From positions 1-41,035 of the forward strand of contig CAZLQC010000003.1 in assembly GCA_964561695.1 (NCBI GenBank): a DNA stretch of 41,035 bases, written 5' to 3'. Positions 35,063 through 41,035 of this stretch are shown one piece after another; the stretch's first letter is position 1; every line of letters starts with the position of its first letter. The DNA is from an uncultured Bdellovibrionales bacterium (GTDB taxonomy: Bacteria; Patescibacteriota; Minisyncoccia; Moranbacterales; UBA1568). The position numbers and the translations under genes are program-made. The notes below the pieces were generated by a model. That model did not search any database. It was not told the DNA's origin and worked only from the letters and a program-made list of their open reading frames with translations.

Positions 35063-36358
35063 ATGCATGAAATACCCAAACCTAATCTGGAGAAAGATTC
35101 GAAAGACTTGATAGAAAAGCCCGAGCACGTCCGGGTACCTATAGAGCAGTGGGCGCGAGAGAATAATCATCTCTCATTGCTTCGTCATATAGAATCTTCT
35201 GACAAAACAGATAAGAATATCGGTATTTTACGGGAGAATATTTACTATGATCCAATAGAAAAAACAATCACCCTGGCAGTACTTCCCCATGATATTCACC
35301 AGGGACACAGCTTTGAAGGCACGGGTATCATGCTCGGCGGTATCCCGAAGGTATTTATTGACGTTACTTCTGGCGCGCTCGCCTTTACAGAAGCGCCTGA
35401 TGGGACTATTCCTCTACATATAACTGGTACGTATGAAAACGCAGGAATGATTATTCAGCATAATACTCCTCTCCGGGTAGTGAGTAGTTTTGAAAAGAAT
35501 CTAGAAGAAGATGAGAAAAAACTTTTTATTAAGACTGAAGTATTTCAAGGGGAGCAGTTGTGTGTAGTAATGAGAGACCAGGTGCAAATTTTGTCAGAGC
35601 GTGGTGCAGGAGCCCTGGCAAAAAGACGAGAAAGAGTTCTCGATAAGTTGGTAGAGCAAGAGAAGGTAGGGACAATCTCTGAAATAATTGAGAATCCTTT
35701 AGGAGAGACAGTGTCAGAGCCAAGAGAAATGATAGAAAACAAAGAAGTGCGAGAAGAAAGGCTGGTGCAGGAATTATTACAGCTCGTTTCATCACACCCA
35801 GATTTCATTTTTGGCATATCTGCTAACGGCAAACTTGGTTCTCGATATTATTCTGATAGCACCGCGACCCTTGGACAGGTAGGGTATTTGTTTGACAGTA
35901 CTACACAGCAATTCAGTGGTCTTGGGAATGATGATCATGGCAAGCGACCAGACCCGTTAGTTTACGAGCATGAACTGAGAGGGAGTACTCTTTTTGAGCC
36001 TGTTTTTCAATCTTCACAACAAAAAATTGGTCAAGACGAGTTTATTCAGTTCAAAAGCTGGATACCGTTAGAGTATATGCCCGGTAACCATCTTACTTCT
36101 GATCAGCGCCCGGGACTTTATTTTGGAGGAGGGCTTTTTATTCGTAATGAAAAACCAGCTGTCGAAGCAGTTTCAGAAGATCTATTAAAGACTATTCAGT
36201 CCGGCAAGAGTAACGAATCCAGAGAGATTTTTTGGAAGTTTTTAGTAGCTGCTTTTGAGAAATATACTCCTGATTGGTGGCAGTATGTGACTAGTCAATG
36301 GGAGGCTCAGCCAGGGAATAAAGGTAAGAAAATAGCAGACTTTTTCCAACAAAAATAG
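35063..36358 (+). CDS. hypothetical protein (431 aa), no recognisable motifs
   Basis: Long ORF in an operon-like position after folD, ended by a clean terminator. The central part is a Glu/Lys-rich linker. Confidence 0.7.
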   Translation: MHEIPKPNLEKDSKDLIEKPEHVRVPIEQWARENNHLSLLRHIESSDKTDKNIGILRENIYYDPIEKTITLAVLPHDIHQGHSFEGTGIMLGGIPKVFIDVTSGALAFTEAPDGTIPLHITGTYENAGMIIQHNTPLRVVSSFEKNLEEDEKKLFIKTEVFQGEQLCVVMRDQVQILSERGAGALAKRRERVLDKLVEQEKVGTISEIIENPLGETVSEPREMIENKEVREERLVQELLQLVSSHPDFIFGISANGKLGSRYYSDSTATLGQVGYLFDSTTQQFSGLGNDDHGKRPDPLVYEHELRGSTLFEPVFQSSQQKIGQDEFIQFKSWIPLEYMPGNHLTSDQRPGLYFGGGLFIRNEKPAVEAVSEDLLKTIQSGKSNESREIFWKFLVAAFEKYTPDWWQYVTSQWEAQPGNKGKKIADFFQQK

Positions 36359-36379
36359 CGCTTCAAGCGCTATTTTTTA
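36355..36379 (+). terminator. intrinsic terminator after the 431-aa ORF
   Basis: Palindrome TAGCGCT-TCA-AGCGCTA followed by TTTTTT. Confidence 0.8.
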
Positions 36380-36383
36380 CCAG

Positions 36384-36427
36384 TGCCGCGGGAGAGACTC
36401 GAACTCTCATGATATTGCTATCGCGGG
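36384..36427 (-). other. 3' portion of a second type-II (Leu-like) tRNA: variable arm, T-arm and acceptor 3' strand, with no anticodon arm
   Basis: Minus strand reads GATAGCAATATC (variable hairpin) AT GAGAGTTCGAGTCTCTC (T-arm) CCGCGGC A. Its acceptor strand is complementary to GCCGTGG at 36560-36566. Confidence 0.6.
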
Positions 36428-36435
36428 ATTTTTTG

Positions 36436-36518
36436 TGGGCGAGGTGGGACTTGAACCCACACACTGTTACCAGTATTTGATTTTGAGTCAAACGTGTCTA
36501 CCATTCCACCACTCGCCC
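36436..36518 (-). tRNA. tRNA-Leu (anticodon CAA), type II with a long variable arm; CCA not encoded
   Basis: Minus strand: GGGCGAG TG GTGGAATGGTAGACAC G TTTGA CTCAAAA TCAAA T ACTGGTAACAGTGT GTGGGTTCAAGTCCCAC CTCGCCC A. Confidence 0.93.
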
Positions 36519-36566
36519 ATTTTGTCTACCCCTGCCTGCCGGCAGGCAGGATTCCACCACCACGGC
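36519..36566 (-). other. 5' portion of the second Leu-like tRNA (acceptor 5' strand and D-arm) carrying a 20-nt perfect palindrome in the D-loop
   Basis: Minus strand reads GCCGTGG TG GTGGAAT [CCTGCCTGCCGGCAGGCAGG] GGTAGACA AAAT. Apart from the palindrome, the D-arm is identical to that of tRNA-Leu(CAA). Confidence 0.6.
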
Positions 36567-36583
36567 GATTTTTCGCTAGACCA

Positions 36584-36612
36584 AGCATAGAAAATTGACT
36601 CTCACTTGTCAA
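36584..36612 (-). promoter_or_regulatory. sigma70-like promoter driving the tRNA cluster
   Basis: Minus strand reads TTGACA - 17 nt - TATGCT, about 17 nt upstream of GCCGTGG. It overlaps an inverted TTGACT on the + strand. Confidence 0.65.
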
Positions 36613-36703
36613 TTCACCTAGTAAAATACGGCGCAGCAGTTAGACCCCTGGTCTATTTCACGGGGTAAACGTATACTAGGAGAGACTTGAACAGCTGTAT
36701 ATT

Positions 36704-37498
36704 ATGATGGCCAAAACAATTGGTTTTATTAATCAAAAAGGTGGCGTGGGTAAAACTACCTCGACTATCAATGTAGCGCGTTACCTCGCGGAGCTGGGGA
36801 GGCGGGTGTTGTTGGTGGATCTTGACCCTCAGGGCAATGCTTCATCAGGTCTCGGGATTGATCCTCGGGCCATGAGTAAGAACTTGTACCACTCTATGAT
36901 TGGCGGTTTGCCGCCACAGGAAATTATTCTTCAGACGGAAACGGAGAACTTTCATGTGATACCGGCAGCGCAAGATCTGGCGGGGGCTGAGATAGAGATG
37001 GTGCATCTCGAAGGTCGAGAGTACCGTTTGCAAAATGTCTTGAGACAAATCAAACCGTACTACGACTATATTCTGATCGATAGCCCACCATCACTAGGAC
37101 TCCTCACTATCAATGGGCTAGTGGCCTCTGATGAAGTAGTGATTCCAGTACAAACAGAGTACTATGCACTTGAAGGATTGAGTCAGTTACTCGGGACTAT
37201 TGAATTGGTTCGTGAACGATTACAGCCGAACCTCAAAATTTGTGGAGCGCTCCTTACTATGTTTGATAGACGTAATCGTCTAGCACGCCAAGTAGTAACT
37301 GAAGTGCGTACTCATTTTCCGGGACCGGTGTTTGAAAGTGTGATCCCACGATCTATTCGTCTAGCTGAGGCACCCAGCTTTGGAAAATCCATTCTTGATT
37401 TTGATGCTTTTTCCAAGGGGGCACGAGCTTATAAAGCGGTAGCCAAAGAAATTATTAGTCGCGAAGATGGAGAGAAAAAGAAAATTAAAATTGTATAA
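36704..37498 (+). CDS. parA: chromosome partitioning ATPase ParA/Soj
   Basis: Deviant Walker A NQKGGVGKTT and VLLVDLDPQGN. The start could be ATG 36704 or 36707. Confidence 0.95.
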   Translation: MMAKTIGFINQKGGVGKTTSTINVARYLAELGRRVLLVDLDPQGNASSGLGIDPRAMSKNLYHSMIGGLPPQEIILQTETENFHVIPAAQDLAGAEIEMVHLEGREYRLQNVLRQIKPYYDYILIDSPPSLGLLTINGLVASDEVVIPVQTEYYALEGLSQLLGTIELVRERLQPNLKICGALLTMFDRRNRLARQVVTEVRTHFPGPVFESVIPRSIRLAEAPSFGKSILDFDAFSKGARAYKAVAKEIISREDGEKKKIKIV

Positions 37499-37501
37499 AC
37501 T

Positions 37502-38449
37502 ATGGCACAGCAGTACGGACTTGGCAGGGGATTAGCATCATTGATTCCTCCTAAAAAAGAAGAGTCTCCAGAGGAGAAGACTCATACACCAGTGACTGGA
37601 GGTAATTTCATGTTTGAAAAAACTGCTTTACGAGATACTCAGCCGATCGACCAAAGAGGACAGAAGAACAAAGATGGGATGACGGTTGCTATAGCGTTGA
37701 TTGTTCCCAATCCACATCAACCGAGGACTCATTTTGACGAAACAAAGCTCGCTGAGCTAACGGAATCTATCAAAGAGCATGGTATTTTACAACCACTTGT
37801 AGTTACCGAGGCAGGTGAGCATTATGAGCTAATAGCTGGAGAAAGGCGTTTTCAAGCCGCGAAAAGGGCTGGATTAACAGAAGTGCCAGTGATTATCCGG
37901 GTGGCTAGTGAGCAGACAAAGTTGGAGTTGGCTATCATCGAAAATATCCAGCGTCACAACCTCAATCCTATTGAAGAGGGCAAAGCGTATCAGCGTTTGC
38001 TCCATGAGTTTGGCATGAATCAAGAAGAGGTGGCCCGCAAGATGGGCAAAAGTCGTAGCACAGTAGCCAACAGTATACGTCTTCTTCAGCTCCCAATTGA
38101 CATGCAGCGAGCTGTGAGTGAGGGCAAGATCAGCGAAGGGCATGCGAAGGCTCTTCTGGGAATTGAAAATAAAGAAAAACAAAGGGCTGTCTTCGAACTT
38201 ATTCTAAGTGAGGAACTGACAGTGCGAGAAACAGAAAGCAAAGTACGGAGCGTGGTAGTCAAGAGTCATGTACGTGTTCAAAAACCTGAACAAGTGATGT
38301 TGGCTGCTAAGGCCGATGAACTGACACAGTTACTTGGCACCAAAGTTAAAATCAGTCCGAGCGGTAAAGGTGGTCGAGTGATACTTGAGTATTATTCAGA
38401 AGAAGAACTCGATGCTCTCCTTGGTAGAATTGCTCCAAGGCAAAACTAG
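37502..38449 (+). CDS. parB: chromosome partitioning protein ParB/Spo0J
   Basis: GLGRGLASLIP, PNPHQPR, GILQPLVV, IAGERRFQAAK, and an HTH region. Confidence 0.95.
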   Translation: MAQQYGLGRGLASLIPPKKEESPEEKTHTPVTGGNFMFEKTALRDTQPIDQRGQKNKDGMTVAIALIVPNPHQPRTHFDETKLAELTESIKEHGILQPLVVTEAGEHYELIAGERRFQAAKRAGLTEVPVIIRVASEQTKLELAIIENIQRHNLNPIEEGKAYQRLLHEFGMNQEEVARKMGKSRSTVANSIRLLQLPIDMQRAVSEGKISEGHAKALLGIENKEKQRAVFELILSEELTVRETESKVRSVVVKSHVRVQKPEQVMLAAKADELTQLLGTKVKISPSGKGGRVILEYYSEEELDALLGRIAPRQN

Positions 38450-39540
38450 AGGAGTTCAGAAGAAGAGTCCTTGACTTTCTCAATAAGGCTTTTCATTTCG
38501 GAATTGGCCTTGTGTTGATTGGCGATGAAGAGGACATCCGGAGTATCGATAATGACGATATCTTCTAAACCAAGAGTGACTATTTTTTTACGATCAGTTT
38601 TTGGCACTGTACTTTTGATGAGAATGTTGTGGCTACCAAGATCGAGATGAGGCTCTTCAATAATATGAGAGAGTCCCTTTTTCTCTTTCAGAAATTGGAG
38701 TAGAGTACTCCAATTTCCAACATCACTCCACTGAAGACTACTCGGGATGACAAGGCGTTCTTCTGGGGCGAGTTTTTCAATCATGAGGGGTTCGATAGGT
38801 TCACTGGGACATGTTTCATAGGCTGTATTTTTTGCTTCTACAGTATCTGCAAGGAGGAGGGTTTGGATGCCAGCGACCAGCTCTGGAGAATACATCTCCA
38901 TCCAACCAAGGAGTGTGTCGGTTTTGAAAATAAAATAACCAGCATTCCAGAGATAACCCCAATCTTCCGTGTAGCGTAGAGCGGTTTCAGCATCAGGTTT
39001 TTCCTTGAATTGATCAATGAAAAAGACCCTCTTTTGGCCTTGAAATAGGCATTCTTCACCAATTTTGATATATCCAAGACCAGTATCTGGTTTGGTAGGA
39101 TTGATGCCGATAGTAGTCAGTGTTTTCGGATATTTTTCAACAACTGCGAAGGCTGTTTGTATAGTAGCGACGAACTCTTCGTTATTATCGATGGCATGAT
39201 CAGAGGCAATAGTAGCGACCACTGCTTGTGGGTCAATGGCTCTTATGGTAGCAGCTACGAGAGTGATAGCTGGGGCGGTATTCCTGGCACTCGGTTCAAG
39301 GATAAGATGTTCTGCAGAAACTCCAGGAAGTTGTTCAAGAACCAGGTGTTGGTAGGTATCTGTGGTTGAGATATAAATATGTGATGCTGGAGCGACTAAC
39401 AGTGCTCGGTCGTAGGTTTCTTGTAGGAGTGTTTTTTCGGAAAGAAAGGCGTGAAATTGTTTGGGATCATTTTTTCGCGAGAGGGGCCAAAGTCGAGTAC
39501 CTGATCCGCCAGCCATGATGACAATGTAGTGATGGGACAT
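38446..39540 (-). CDS. manC: mannose-1-phosphate guanylyltransferase
   Basis: IVIMAGGSGTRLWPLSR, EPSARNTAPAI. Start set at MSHHYIV. The stop codon overlaps the parB stop (CTAG at 38446-38449). Confidence 0.85.
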   Translation of the reverse strand: MSHHYIVIMAGGSGTRLWPLSRKNDPKQFHAFLSEKTLLQETYDRALLVAPASHIYISTTDTYQHLVLEQLPGVSAEHLILEPSARNTAPAITLVAATIRAIDPQAVVATIASDHAIDNNEEFVATIQTAFAVVEKYPKTLTTIGINPTKPDTGLGYIKIGEECLFQGQKRVFFIDQFKEKPDAETALRYTEDWGYLWNAGYFIFKTDTLLGWMEMYSPELVAGIQTLLLADTVEAKNTAYETCPSEPIEPLMIEKLAPEERLVIPSSLQWSDVGNWSTLLQFLKEKKGLSHIIEEPHLDLGSHNILIKSTVPKTDRKKIVTLGLEDIVIIDTPDVLFIANQHKANSEMKSLIEKVKDSSSELL

Positions 39541-39726
39541 AAAATAGGACGTCAAAAAATAAGTATTTCAATGGTAGTATACCCAGTACCACAATTGCAA
39601 ATAAGAAAAGTTGTAGGGTATTTTTGAGTCGACATTTTTGAAATAGAGGATTGTGATACCGGGCAGGGATGTCTTTGGAGAATATAATCAAGAAAAGGGA
39701 CTTTTTTGCTTAGCATTGGCAGTTTT

Positions 39727-39738
39727 TCGTGGTATACT
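39727..39738 (+). promoter_or_regulatory. extended -10 promoter element TCGTGGTATACT
   Basis: TGn-TATACT lies 36 nt upstream of ATG 39774. The identical 12-mer recurs at 40577-40588. Confidence 0.5.
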
Positions 39739-39773
39739 ATTTGTATCTAAAAAGCGTGTACGTGAACGTATCT

Positions 39774-40484
39774 ATGGCTGAGCCAATAGTCACTCCCGAT
39801 GTTCAAGCGGGCGGTGCGGGTGAAGAAAAACAGAAATCAAAAATGAAGAAGTGGATTATTATTCTACTCCTCCTTTTTTTGTTTGGCGGGATTGGCTGGT
39901 TTGCTTACACACGTTTTTCTGCTAAGCCCGATGTAACGGAAGAGGCGTTGCCAGTGCCAGCAGTTGAGTCTAAACCGCAGACACTCCAAGCAGCACCGCC
40001 TTCATTGGATAATCTCAGTACGGACGCTCTCTTCGGTACAGCTCAATATGAAAGTGAGACGTATAAGGTGGGTGATATTGCTATTGGAGGTGAGGCTGAA
40101 TTAATTTTGTTGGAGGATTCTCCTGAGCCGCTAGAAATATCAGGTGTTCGTGGCGAGTCTTTTACTGAAAAAAACAATCAGGGTGTAAAACTCGTGTTGA
40201 CTTGGAGTACCAACAAGCTTGCCAAGTCTACCATCCAATACTCTAAGGTTGGCCAAGAAAAGCAGGATATTACAGAGAGTGATTATAGTTTCAGTCATAG
40301 CATTATCATTCCTGCCCTTGAACAGGCATCTACCTATATCTACGTGATCAATGCTGAAGATCGATTCGGTAACAAGTTTTCGAGTGATTCCTATGCTGTA
40401 TCTACTGGTTCCAAAACGGTATCTCTTTTTGACCTCATTGCGGGGGCGGTGGGAGATACATTTGGATGGGCAGTTGATAAGTAA
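39774..40484 (+). CDS. membrane-anchored protein with a C-terminal beta-sandwich (FN3-like) domain
   Basis: MAEP..., TM helix WIIILLLLFLFGGIGWFAY, and GVKLVLTWSTNKLAKSTIQYS...STYIYVINAEDRFGN. Confidence 0.7.
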   Translation: MAEPIVTPDVQAGGAGEEKQKSKMKKWIIILLLLFLFGGIGWFAYTRFSAKPDVTEEALPVPAVESKPQTLQAAPPSLDNLSTDALFGTAQYESETYKVGDIAIGGEAELILLEDSPEPLEISGVRGESFTEKNNQGVKLVLTWSTNKLAKSTIQYSKVGQEKQDITESDYSFSHSIIIPALEQASTYIYVINAEDRFGNKFSSDSYAVSTGSKTVSLFDLIAGAVGDTFGWAVDK

Positions 40485-40504
40485 TTTGGTGAAAATTTGA
40501 CAAA

Positions 40505-40539
40505 AAATCTCGACCTAAAAAGAGGTGAGATTTTCTTTG
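40505..40539 (+). terminator. intrinsic terminator
   Basis: AAATCTCGACC-loop-GGTGAGATTT (one bulge) followed by TCTTT. Confidence 0.6.
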
Positions 40540-40576
40540 CAAGTTATACACAAAAAGACTATTGGCAAAGCAAAAA

Positions 40577-40588
40577 TCGTGGTATACT
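40577..40588 (+). promoter_or_regulatory. extended -10 promoter element TCGTGGTATACT (second copy)
   Basis: Identical 12-mer to 39727-39738, 27 nt upstream of ATG 40615. Confidence 0.5.
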
Positions 40589-40614
40589 TGTAAAGGAATA
40601 ATGATTCCATTTCC

Positions 40615-41035
40615 ATGCTATTTTATGTAAAAAATAAAAACCGAAAAACAGCATACACATCACTCTTCATAGCTTTAAGCTTGGTGGTGATAATCGGGTG
40701 GGGCTTTAACCAGAAGTCCGTTTTTGCGCAGTCCAATCAATCAAATTCGAACTCAATTCGCCTCATTTCTATCTCTGCATCTCTTTTTAACTCAGAAAAC
40801 CAGATTGTAACTAATGGTACTTATGAGGTCCGCTTTGCTCTGTACGCCGCCAATCGCACCACAACTGATGCCTATCCATCAAATTCTGATCCAAAACTTT
40901 GGGAGGAAACCCAAACGGTAGAAGTCAAAAATGGTATTTTCCGTGCTTCTCTGGGAGGGACAACCCCATTCTCTCAAGGTATTAACTTTGATTCAGGAGA
41001 TTATTATATTGGTATTCGTGTTGCTGGTGACTCCG
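40615..41035 (+). CDS. secreted/anchored protein, 5' partial (runs off the window)
   Basis: Open frame from ATG 40615 to the window end. Signal or anchor segment TSLFIALSLVVIIGWGF followed by AQS. Not in the ORF track because no stop is reached. Confidence 0.6.
   Translation, partial: MLFYVKNKNRKTAYTSLFIALSLVVIIGWGFNQKSVFAQSNQSNSNSIRLISISASLFNSENQIVTNGTYEVRFALYAANRTTTDAYPSNSDPKLWEETQTVEVKNGIFRASLGGTTPFSQGINFDSGDYYIGIRVAGDS

Noticed and set aside
36531-36550. The 20-nt perfect palindrome CCTGCCTGCCGGCAGGCAGG, considered as a terminator.
   Set aside because: No T-run follows on either strand, and it lies between the promoter and the tRNA it would terminate. It is treated instead as an insertion in the tRNA-like D-loop.
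36640-36665. parS-like site upstream of parA (CTATTTCACGGGGTAAACG).
   Set aside because: Only the TTTCACG half matches the TGTTTCACGTGAAACA consensus. The second half-site is displaced and degenerate.
38446-38449. The convergent parB and manC genes share overlapping stop codons (CTAG) with no terminator between them.
   Set aside because: The overlap is real, but it is a common consequence of genome compaction and nothing further suggests a function.

Overview
Gene-dense, almost entirely housekeeping stretch of a small-genome bacterium. Its gene content and style look like an uncultivated Patescibacteria/CPR-type lineage, but that is inference only. Coding content on the + strand: argS (interrupted), a histidine phosphatase, an EEP-family hydrolase, a T-box-controlled ileS, recO, a large membrane-anchored surface protein, tgt, glyQS, pepA, an M16 peptidase, rsmI, metG, tatD, the F1Fo ATP synthase operon (atpBEFHAG / atpDC), an orphan receiver-domain response regulator, leuS, a sugar-phosphate nucleotidyltransferase, a HAD hydrolase, glmS, a DEDDh exonuclease, uppP, folD, a 431-aa orphan, parAB, and two secreted or anchored proteins. 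On the - strand: manC, tRNA-Leu(CAA) and several small orphan genes. The unusual material is mostly non-coding or domain-level. (1) A ~125-nt element with 20-nt covarying terminal inverted repeats occurs three times. Each copy ends exactly 1 nt before a start codon (tgt, response regulator, leuS) and is bracketed by a 4-nt direct repeat (A/T)ATG. (2) LeuRS carries a ~165-codon insertion with a perfect Nudix box. (3) Two related long CA-rich/GU-rich hairpins sit in the atp operon; one encloses a decayed four-helix-bundle (23S rRNA IVS protein family) gene. (4) The atp operon is split by an independently transcribed antisense small membrane-protein gene. (5) Two tandem paralogous small CCHC-motif proteins share a conserved leader. 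(6) An intact tRNA-Leu gene is nested between the two halves of a second Leu-type tRNA-like gene. (7) argS contains an in-frame TAA. No CRISPR arrays, rRNA genes, transposases or recognisable defence genes were seen.
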